Of a DNA stretch of 64,000 nt, positions 42,858 through 50,771 are shown one piece after another. The stretch spans positions 72,402 to 136,401 of the forward strand of contig CAYNEO010000004.1 of assembly GCA_964396245.1 (NCBI GenBank), read 5' to 3'. The notes under the pieces are model-generated. The model searched no databases, had not been told where the DNA came from, and was given only the letters and a program-made list of their open reading frames with translations. Position numbers and translations under genes: made by a program. Numbering within the stretch: position 1 is the stretch's first letter; every line of letters starts with the position of its first letter. Origin of the DNA: an uncultured Ignavibacteriales bacterium. Its GTDB lineage: Bacteria > Zixibacteria > MSB-5A5 > GN15 > FEB-12.

Positions 42858-42971
42858 GTGGCTGAGTTCGAACTGGCGTGGGAACGAACGCATATGTCAC
42901 AAATCAGTTACCGCCGGGGTGGACTCCCCGGGAGCTGGAATCAAACAAACGCGGGCGCGAGGGATTCATGA
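42858..42971 (+). CDS. candidate 37-codon upstream ORF
   Basis: AAGGAGG (42846-42852) lies 5 nt before GTG 42858. It encodes MAEFELAWERTHMSQISYRRGGLPGSWNQTNAGARDS. Stop TGA 42969-42971 overlaps ATG 42968 of the large ORF (ATGA). Confidence 0.3.
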   Translation: MAEFELAWERTHMSQISYRRGGLPGSWNQTNAGARDS

Positions 42972-44083
42972 TTGACGGCTATCGCGAGGTTGCGCTGCTG
43001 TTATCCCGTCAGCCGCTTCGACCAAACGGCGATACACCCTGGGTACGGAACATAATCGACGCAGTGTCCTGGCTTAAAGGGGAGCGGGCTGCGATTTGCA
43101 GTTCGATCGGTCTTCAGACGTGGGAGATGATCACCACCGTCACGGTTGATGCCGGCTTGCCGCTTATCCTGTTTATCCCGGCAGAAAATGAAGCTCGCTA
43201 TTGGGCGGAATGCGTGCGCGCCATCCACGAGTTCGACCTGAACACCCGCGTGGTCACCTTCGTGCCGGTTCTTGCCCCGAAAGACCGTCATGCGGCCAGA
43301 GCAATCCTCGAGGCGCGCGACCGCGCTGTCATTTCACGCGCCGACCTGATTCTTCCCGTGTCGGTAAGAGAGCGCGGAAGTCTCCGACGGCTCATCGACG
43401 ATGCCGAATCAAACGGCAAGCAGATCATGGCTCGGTTCGAGACACCTCACACCGGACGTCACGACGCACTCTCATTCGAGATTGATCCCGGAGCTGTCAG
43501 GGAAGAGCTTCCCAAAGAGGCGGCTGAGTATATCATCCACTGGACCCGCTCGTGTAACACCGCCTGGCCCGGTGAACGGCTCATCGATTACTACCGGGCT
43601 ATCATCGATTCACCGACCTATCCGCGCTCGGCCTTTACAACCCTCAAACGAATCCTGGAGTCACGAAAAATCATCGCCTCGTCGCGACACATGCCGCGAA
43701 AAACAGCGACCGTTTCGTTCTCCGGTCTCTCACCAACGGAACTGATACCGTTGATCAAATGGCGGGCCAGGTATCGGGAGATGTCGTTTGAGCCTTACGG
43801 CGTGGGAATCAAACGCGAAGTTGCAGAGCGGCTCGGTATCAAACCGGTGCTGTATTACGAGCCCGACGACGCCGGCAGTGTTCCGTCGGCTGACCGATGG
43901 CGCTCGCAGTCGGTCGGACAGGTCACCGACTGGCGCCGTGAAGAAGAGTATCGCCACCTCGGCAATCTCGACCTGAGTCGGGTTCCGGACGATGCCCTCC
44001 TCGCTGTCTGCTACGCGGCAGGGGAAGCGAAACGATTACAGTCGGAAATTGGCGTTCGGACAATCTCCTTTATCCCCTCATGA
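42878..44083 (+). CDS. orphan protein: DprA/SLOG-like Rossmann N-domain fused to an AbiGi-like C-domain
   Basis: 401-aa ORF. The tracked GTG 42878 has no SD; ATG 42968 has GAGGG 4 nt upstream. Motifs: ICSSIGLQTWEM..DAGLPLILFIP, ARDRAVISRADLILPVSVRERGSL, IIHWTRS, TVSFSGLS, EPYGVGIKREVAERLGIKPVLYYE, REEEYRHLGNLDL. Confidence 0.6.
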   Translation: MGTNAYVTNQLPPGWTPRELESNKRGREGFMIDGYREVALLLSRQPLRPNGDTPWVRNIIDAVSWLKGERAAICSSIGLQTWEMITTVTVDAGLPLILFIPAENEARYWAECVRAIHEFDLNTRVVTFVPVLAPKDRHAARAILEARDRAVISRADLILPVSVRERGSLRRLIDDAESNGKQIMARFETPHTGRHDALSFEIDPGAVREELPKEAAEYIIHWTRSCNTAWPGERLIDYYRAIIDSPTYPRSAFTTLKRILESRKIIASSRHMPRKTATVSFSGLSPTELIPLIKWRARYREMSFEPYGVGIKREVAERLGIKPVLYYEPDDAGSVPSADRWRSQSVGQVTDWRREEEYRHLGNLDLSRVPDDALLAVCYAAGEAKRLQSEIGVRTISFIPS

Positions 44084-44103
44084 CGGGAATTAGCCCCAAC
44101 CGA

Positions 44104-44134
44104 AAAGCCGGCGGAGATCAGCTCCGCCGGCTTT
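44104..44134. terminator. bidirectional intrinsic terminator
   Basis: AAAGCCGGCGGAG-atcag-CTCCGCCGGCTTT between the convergent orphan gene and the S8 protease gene. Confidence 0.75.
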
Positions 44135-44157
44135 CGTAACTCGCAATGTAGAACCGG

Positions 44158-47115
44158 CTACTTCAACAGCAGCATTTTTTTCGATTCGCTGAACTTGTCT
44201 GTCGCCACCCGATAAAAATACACACCGGAGGAAAACGACGAAGCATCCCAGTCGACATCCACCCGACCGGCGCGACCCTGACCGGTGACCTCGTATACCT
44301 TTTGTCCGAGCACGTTGAAGATTGTGAGCGTGTACTCCGATGCTCGTGGCAAGTCAAACGAAATGACGGTCGACGGGTTGAACGGATTCGGGTAGTTCTG
44401 ATACAGTGCAAATGTCTTCGGCAGTACGTTCGCGTCCGGCGGTTCTTCGACAGGTGTCGGCGCCAGCGTGGCCCGCGCGGCTGCGTTGGCGATGTCAGCG
44501 TAGGTATCACCGGCCAAAAGCGCGAAGGTCACGGTCTGTTCCGCTCCCGGGGCGAGCACCATCGGCCCCGCCGCCATCACCTGGAACAGATCATATCTGG
44601 AGCTCTTGTACGTGTCCGCACTGGCAGTTCCATTCGACAATGAATTGTATTTCTCGGAAGTCGTGTAACCATTACCTGATGCACTCAGGTACTTGGCATA
44701 CACGATCAAATCGCTTCGTCCGGTTTGGGCTGTGTAGAACGGACCTTCGAGCAATTTCACGGCGCGATATTCGCTCAAAGAGGTGCCGTTATTATACGCC
44801 ATCCACGCAATCCCGTCGGCTGACTCATACCCGCCGGCGTCCGAAGCATAGTTGTAAATATCCCAATCGAGAAAGATGCCAAAATAGAAATTCGTGATGG
44901 TTACGCCGCTAGTATTCTGCAGAACGTATTGCAGTATGACAAAATCATCGTCGGGCGGGTCGTAAGTGTACGAATTCTGTTTCACCAGTATGTCGAAGGG
45001 GTCGGCGGCGTGGCTGTCGATAAACGCAGAGTATGTCTGCTGGGCCGCAATCGGACCGGGTACCTGCAAAACCAGATTGCCGCCGGGGGCGACGTTGAAA
45101 TCCATGTCCGGATCCCAGAAATAACTGTGCACGGCGCTCGACACCCGGAAAGCGCTGTTGCCCATCATGAGTCCCCCCTCGTACAGATCGTTACCGCCGC
45201 CATTGAAATCGAAACCCAGCCCACCGGCCGGAAACTGCGACCCGGGACCGAGACCCAGCCCGCCCCAGTTGGAGAGCGAGAACGCTAATCTTGACGTAAC
45301 GTGTGACGCTATCGTCTTGACCAATGGCGGAACTACCTGGAAACTCAGATGCAGGGTGTCGATGGCGGTTAACCCTGAGAAAATCACAAAATCGAGCCCA
45401 AGCAAAGATCCCGTGGACACGGTATCGGATACGACCACCCTGAGATTCTCGGGCGATTGAACGGTCGTGTTCCTCAGCAGACTGCCAAAGGTGGCTACGG
45501 CATCCAGCACGGTGAGTGAAGGATCGGAGTTAAGAAGCACACCTGTTACACCGCTGACTGTCGATCCAAGATTCTGAAGCGTGACCTGCCCCGTGACTGT
45601 ATCGCCCGGATGGATAGGGGCATGGTCGAAGGCGTATATCCGGATATTGGGCTTACCGGCGATAGTGGGGAGGGTATCCAATGCACCCATGCAATCAATT
45701 GCCCCCCAGCCGTAATGGTTGTTTGGCGCGAGCCAACTCGGATCCTTTTGGGCGCCGTTCAGGATCGCTGTCTTGATCTGGTCGACCGTGGCATTCGGGT
45801 TTTTCTGCCGCAGGAGCGCCACCAGACCGCTGACATGCGGCGCCGCCATGGAAGTACCGGAAAGAACGTTGTATGTGTCACCCGGCCAACTGGAATAGAT
45901 GCTGGTCCCCGGCGCCACGACATTTGGTTTGAAACTGGGGCCGACACAATCCGACGGGCCGTGTGACGACGAGCGATTGAGCGTAGCCGGAGTTACGGTC
46001 GTGTTCAGGTTCCCCACCGCAAAACTGGCAATCGAGTCGGTCGCCCGGTTCGCCGGATTAAAAACGATTGTGTCCGCGGGCTCATACCTGTTTCCCGCCG
46101 CAAAGATGTTTACGATCCCCAGCGCTTCGACGTTATCGATAACGTCAAAAAAGATATTTTCACACGCCGCCACGCTTTTCGACAATCCCCAGCTATGGTT
46201 GATCACGTCGGGGACATCGCTCACCGTGTTCGGATCACCGTCCGGGTCGGCCGCCCACTCGAAGCCGTCGATAATCGACGCCCCGGCGATATCTATCACC
46301 GCGGCTGAAATCCACTTGGCGCCGGGCGCGACACCGATCGTGTCACTGCTGGTGTGACCCACCAGGATTCCCATCACATGCGTGCCGTGGTTTGTAACAC
46401 ATCCCGCCGTCAAACCGCAATCAGGAATCGTGTGCGGAAACGACTGATGCTTAATCGGGTCGAACCATGCCGCCGCCGAATCACCGTCGAGCCCCTTCCA
46501 ACTACTGTACAACGCCGGGTGTGAACCCTGTATGCCGGTATCAAAAGAGCATATCACTCGTCCTGTTCCCGTATACCCGGCCGCCCATGCTTCCGGCGCG
46601 CGAATATACTTCAGATTTGAAGTTATCGAATCCGGAGCAAGAGCGCCGCCCGCGACCGACTTTTCTTCCACCGGTGCGATGAGGACAATTTCAGGCGGAA
46701 TGATTACGCGCTCGACATCACCACGAGCTGCCAGTGCCCGTAATTCGCCGGCGGCAACCTCGGCCTCGACAAGATTGGTAATCCAGTGCGATTTAATCCG
46801 CGTTGCCCGTCCCCGCGACTCCAACTGCTCGAGCGCGTTAATCAGTCCGCTCTGCGCATGGCTGTTTTCGTCCTTGAGCTGCTTTAGCGCCAATTCATGT
46901 CGGCCCCGGCGGGTATCCGACTGACTGAGCAGGGTCGCTTTGAATTTGGACGCCGACTCGGCCCGTGGAAGCGTGATCCACACGCGGATTTTCTCGTCCT
47001 GACGGCTGGAATTAATCTTGCGGGATAAATCTTCGCCAATCTCACCGGCGAACAGGGACGGTGCCAGGGTAAGCGCCAGTCCGGCGATAAGGGTGGTCAG
47101 ACGGGTTCGGTTCAT
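44158..47115 (-). CDS. S8 subtilisin-like serine protease with T9SS C-terminal sorting domain
   Basis: Signal peptide. Catalytic D (FDTGI), H (HGTHVMG) and S (GTSMAAPHVSG). C-terminus YQNYPNPFNPSTVISF...SGVYFYRVAT...KKMLLLK matches the Por_Secre_tail pattern. Confidence 0.88.
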   Translation of the reverse strand: MNRTRLTTLIAGLALTLAPSLFAGEIGEDLSRKINSSRQDEKIRVWITLPRAESASKFKATLLSQSDTRRGRHELALKQLKDENSHAQSGLINALEQLESRGRATRIKSHWITNLVEAEVAAGELRALAARGDVERVIIPPEIVLIAPVEEKSVAGGALAPDSITSNLKYIRAPEAWAAGYTGTGRVICSFDTGIQGSHPALYSSWKGLDGDSAAAWFDPIKHQSFPHTIPDCGLTAGCVTNHGTHVMGILVGHTSSDTIGVAPGAKWISAAVIDIAGASIIDGFEWAADPDGDPNTVSDVPDVINHSWGLSKSVAACENIFFDVIDNVEALGIVNIFAAGNRYEPADTIVFNPANRATDSIASFAVGNLNTTVTPATLNRSSSHGPSDCVGPSFKPNVVAPGTSIYSSWPGDTYNVLSGTSMAAPHVSGLVALLRQKNPNATVDQIKTAILNGAQKDPSWLAPNNHYGWGAIDCMGALDTLPTIAGKPNIRIYAFDHAPIHPGDTVTGQVTLQNLGSTVSGVTGVLLNSDPSLTVLDAVATFGSLLRNTTVQSPENLRVVVSDTVSTGSLLGLDFVIFSGLTAIDTLHLSFQVVPPLVKTIASHVTSRLAFSLSNWGGLGLGPGSQFPAGGLGFDFNGGGNDLYEGGLMMGNSAFRVSSAVHSYFWDPDMDFNVAPGGNLVLQVPGPIAAQQTYSAFIDSHAADPFDILVKQNSYTYDPPDDDFVILQYVLQNTSGVTITNFYFGIFLDWDIYNYASDAGGYESADGIAWMAYNNGTSLSEYRAVKLLEGPFYTAQTGRSDLIVYAKYLSASGNGYTTSEKYNSLSNGTASADTYKSSRYDLFQVMAAGPMVLAPGAEQTVTFALLAGDTYADIANAAARATLAPTPVEEPPDANVLPKTFALYQNYPNPFNPSTVISFDLPRASEYTLTIFNVLGQKVYEVTGQGRAGRVDVDWDASSFSSGVYFYRVATDKFSESKKMLLLK

Positions 47116-47419
47116 TCTTATCTCCGTGTTGTCGCGCGATGTCCGCTGAGTCCGGTCGGCTGGCCGAGCGGGGGACCTGAGTGACGACAGTTATCAGGAA
47201 AACCTGTTGTTTGGCAGAAACTTATACACAATAACGACGAATCAGGCGGCGGAGTTCGTGCAATGAAAACCGAATCTCCTTTGCTGCGCCGACCGGGCGT
47301 CACCCGATTAGATTCCTTTGAGTGAAAATAGATAGACGCCAGCGACTTGTAAAGGTCCTTTTTATTCATTACTTTCCCTCAACACTCACGCGATTTCGGC
47401 TCGAACTGGAGACAACAGA

Positions 47420-47935
47420 ATGATTAGCGAACAGATAAGTCAACTGGACCGCGAAACACTCGAGAAGATGCTCGTCGATTTTGCCAAGAACTGGCTGGCG
47501 CACGACGGGCTGTGGTTTCAGGCGGTGGAGAAGCAATTCGGTATGCCTAAAGCCATCGAACTCGACGCCGAAGCCTGGGCTACGTTCACCGTCCTCGAAG
47601 CGAAACGGATCATGGCCCTGCACGATATACCGGAGGGAAGCGGCCTCGACGGTCTCAAGAAGGCGCTGGGATTCCGGCTGTACGCCGTACTGAACAAGCA
47701 GGAAATCCGCAACGAAACGGAAAACTCGTTTGAGTTCTACATGGTCGACTGCCGGGTGCAATCCGCGCGCCGGCGCAAAAACATGCCACTGTTTCCCTGT
47801 AAATCGGTCGGGATTGTCGAATATGCCGGTTTCGCAAAAACTATCGATGAACGAATCCGAACCGATTGCATTGCCTGCCCGCCCGACCCCGAAGCCGGGA
47901 AGGAATTCTTCTGCGGATGGAGGTTCTCGATATAG
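47420..47935 (+). CDS. hypothetical cytosolic protein (DUF6125-like?)
   Basis: 171 aa with SD GGAG. NWLAHDGLWFQAVEKQFG motif and a Cys-containing C-terminus. The family name is from memory only. Confidence 0.5.
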   Translation: MISEQISQLDRETLEKMLVDFAKNWLAHDGLWFQAVEKQFGMPKAIELDAEAWATFTVLEAKRIMALHDIPEGSGLDGLKKALGFRLYAVLNKQEIRNETENSFEFYMVDCRVQSARRRKNMPLFPCKSVGIVEYAGFAKTIDERIRTDCIACPPDPEAGKEFFCGWRFSI

Positions 47936-47977
47936 AGTCGCAACTCAAATCATAGTCAGCACAGAATTGTTGAGAAT

Positions 47978-48007
47978 AAAAAAAGGGCCCGCGGTTCCGG
48001 CAGGCCC
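47978..48007 (-). terminator. intrinsic terminator after the epimerase gene
   Basis: On the minus strand: GGGCCTGCCGGAACCGCGGGCCC hairpin followed by T7. Confidence 0.7.
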
Positions 48008-48030
48008 TTCTCGTATCTTTCTTGATGCCG

Positions 48031-48981
48031 CTACTTCCGAGCGGCCGTAGGCGACACGGCCCCCGAGAAAAACTCAACCGTCTTGCGCAGACCTTCCTCG
48101 AAATCAACCTTCGGGTCAAACCCGAACGCTTTTAGCTTGTCTATAGCGGCGTAGGAGTGCTTGATATCGCCCGGACGCGGCGGGTCGTAAATCGCCTCGG
48201 TTTGCACACCGATAATGTCGCGCAGTTGATCGAGAAGTTGATTCAAAGTGAAACGGCTCCCGCAGGCGACGTTGTAGACATCTCCCACGATCCGCTCATC
48301 TGAAATAGCCAGCATGTTAGCCTGAACGCAGTTGTCGATATACGTGAAATCACGCGACTGCTCGCCGTCGCCGTACACCACCGGCTGCTTGCCGGTCAGA
48401 AGCGCAGTTATGAATTTCGGTATAACCGCTGCGTACTCGCTTCCGGGATCCTGGCGCGGACCGAAAATATTGAAATATCGAAGGCAGGCGGTCGGAAAAC
48501 GGTACAACTCCCAGTATACTTTGCAGTAGTATTCGTTGGTTACCTTGGTTATGGCGTACGGTGACAGCGGGCTCGGGGTCATCCCTTCGTGCTTTGGCAG
48601 CACTTCCGATTCACCATAGACCGACGATGACGACGCCATCACGAGCTTCTTGACCCCCGCCTGGCGGGCGTTTTCGAGCACGTTCAGGGTACCGTCGATA
48701 TTGACTGCGTTTGAGGTCAGCGGGTTGTTCACCGATCTCGGCACCGACGGAAGCGCCGCCTGATGCAGGATGTAGTCTATCCCCTTGACAGCCTGGCCGA
48801 CAGTCCAGTAATCGCGGATATCCCCCTCGATCACCTCTACCCGGTCGATGATTTCAGAGAGATTTTCGGCGCGGCCGGAGGAAAAATTGTCGAGAATGCG
48901 GACATTATGGCCCTCCTCGACCAGCCGGGTGGCCAGATTTGATCCGATAAAACCAGCTCCCCCGGTCACCAGATATTTCAT
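48031..48981 (-). CDS. NAD-dependent nucleotide-sugar epimerase/dehydratase (SDR)
   Basis: GGAGFIGSNL Rossmann motif, SSSSVYGE, and catalytic YAITK (YxxxK). Confidence 0.85.
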   Translation of the reverse strand: MKYLVTGGAGFIGSNLATRLVEEGHNVRILDNFSSGRAENLSEIIDRVEVIEGDIRDYWTVGQAVKGIDYILHQAALPSVPRSVNNPLTSNAVNIDGTLNVLENARQAGVKKLVMASSSSVYGESEVLPKHEGMTPSPLSPYAITKVTNEYYCKVYWELYRFPTACLRYFNIFGPRQDPGSEYAAVIPKFITALLTGKQPVVYGDGEQSRDFTYIDNCVQANMLAISDERIVGDVYNVACGSRFTLNQLLDQLRDIIGVQTEAIYDPPRPGDIKHSYAAIDKLKAFGFDPKVDFEEGLRKTVEFFSGAVSPTAARK

Positions 48982-49094
48982 GATGCTGTTATCCCTTAAT
49001 GTGCTTCCGTGTTATACGATGTCGGCTTATCTGCAATTTAGTTTACCGGGACGGTCGTTATCTCAATTGCGCCGGTCGACGCGCCATGATAACA

Positions 49095-50546
49095 CTACAA
49101 ACCGGGCTTGTCGAGTGATTGTTCCGCCGCGCTGCTGTCAGCAACTTTCCGGGAAAAGAGCAGGTACCGGACATCGTATGCCGCGAAGCTGGTATCACGG
49201 GCATACTTGGCAAGGAATAGTGAGTCATTCACAAAGCCGGAGATTGGACTTGTCGCCGATGCCACCACCCATGACGGCTGAAAGTCGGTGATAACCTGAA
49301 GGTATTTTCCGGCACGGTTATACGGGATGACCTCCGGCGATATCAGGCCGTCACGATCGAGAATACGCCGCCGCGAGTAATACCCGATATAACCGATATC
49401 CTCGGCGGCCACCAGTTGATTTTCCGAGGCTTCAGCATTCAGGTAGATGCCGATCTGGCGATGTACATCGAGGAGGATCTGTTCCTGCTTCCGATAGTGA
49501 GTGACCGGCACATAATCCGCCGCGAGTAACACCAGAATCACTAAACCGTACAATGCCGGTTTGATAATGTTCAGGCGGGTGACGAGCGGTCCATAACGCT
49601 CTATCAAAAACGGTGCGGCGGCCGTGGCAAAAAGCAGATACATGGGATAAATCGGAACGATGTACCAGAAGAAGAGCATGGTCCGGCTGAACATGTAAAA
49701 GAGAACGGTCCCAACAAACCAGATGACTACCGGCCAGCAGAAATTCTGCTTGCGGTTGAGCCACCAGCCCCCGATGACGGCGCTGACAAACAGAATCCAT
49801 CCGAACACCGAATGCCAGGCCATCATGAACCTCAGTGCCTGCCAGGGAGTCGGCCGTCCAAACTGGCTGTAGAGAGCCAGCTTGGCGGTAACGCTGTTAG
49901 GAACGACAGAGCCAAAATACCACTCGGCGAATATCACCCACGGGACGAGAAGAATCGCCGGCACCAGTACATATGAGAACCACCTGTCAGGCCGTTTATA
50001 CCAGTTGTAGACGAGAAGCAATCCCAGCAGCCACAATCCCTCCGGCCTGGTCAGGGTTGCCAGTGTCGCCATACCAATGGCATAGATTTCGAGCCGCTTG
50101 TGTTGATAGTAAAACGCCGACGTCACCAGCAGCGTAAAGAACGCCGTTTCCATGCCGCTGATATCAGCGGTCAGCGAGCGGGGAAACAGAATATACGCCA
50201 TCACCGGCAGCCATGATGCCCATCGGAAACGCAATAACTGGGCGAAACGGTACAGCACCATCGCGGTCAGCCCCGAAAAGACGGCCGAGATAAACAGCGA
50301 TGCTTTCACCGCGGTCATGCCAAGAGCGGCAAATGATGCCAGGATGAGTGTGAACAGGGGTGTCGATGTTCCGAGGACATGCTCCCCGATATTGTAAACA
50401 AAGCCGTAGCCCTGTGCGATATTCTCGGCGTAGCGAAAGGTGATGAAAGCGTCATCGGTCGTGAAACCGGTCAGTTGATAAAAGACAATCCGCGCCAGTA
50501 CGGTCAGGAGAAAAATCAGGATCAGGTTACGCTTGGTCGATGGCAC
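49095..50546 (-). CDS. polytopic membrane glycosyltransferase (GT-C fold-like)
   Basis: More than 10 TM segments. First-loop acidic motif TTDDAFITFRYAENIAQGYGFVYN. Adjacent to the sugar epimerase gene. Confidence 0.55.
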   Translation of the reverse strand: MPSTKRNLILIFLLTVLARIVFYQLTGFTTDDAFITFRYAENIAQGYGFVYNIGEHVLGTSTPLFTLILASFAALGMTAVKASLFISAVFSGLTAMVLYRFAQLLRFRWASWLPVMAYILFPRSLTADISGMETAFFTLLVTSAFYYQHKRLEIYAIGMATLATLTRPEGLWLLGLLLVYNWYKRPDRWFSYVLVPAILLVPWVIFAEWYFGSVVPNSVTAKLALYSQFGRPTPWQALRFMMAWHSVFGWILFVSAVIGGWWLNRKQNFCWPVVIWFVGTVLFYMFSRTMLFFWYIVPIYPMYLLFATAAAPFLIERYGPLVTRLNIIKPALYGLVILVLLAADYVPVTHYRKQEQILLDVHRQIGIYLNAEASENQLVAAEDIGYIGYYSRRRILDRDGLISPEVIPYNRAGKYLQVITDFQPSWVVASATSPISGFVNDSLFLAKYARDTSFAAYDVRYLLFSRKVADSSAAEQSLDKPGL

Positions 50547-50551
50547 GCTCG

Positions 50552-50740
50552 TTACCCCCGGTCTTCCAGATACGCTTTAACATCGTACTGCCGGGACACG
50601 GGGTTGAGTTGTACGCTGATGACATTGGGACGGCAGCAGACGTGACAGTCTTCGACAGACTGCTGGTGATCTCCGCCGCCCGGGTCTATGAAGAACCCGT
50701 TGGCTGATCCGCAGCAGTCGCAGACATATGTCGCTTCCAT
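50552..50740 (-). CDS. CPXCG motif-containing cysteine-rich protein
   Basis: 62 aa. CDCCG ... EDCHVCCRPN is the typical CPXCG family pattern. Confidence 0.7.
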   Translation of the reverse strand: MEATYVCDCCGSANGFFIDPGGGDHQQSVEDCHVCCRPNVISVQLNPVSRQYDVKAYLEDRG

Positions 50741-50771
50741 GGACGAAGAATACGGGAGTGTCCGGCGGCTG

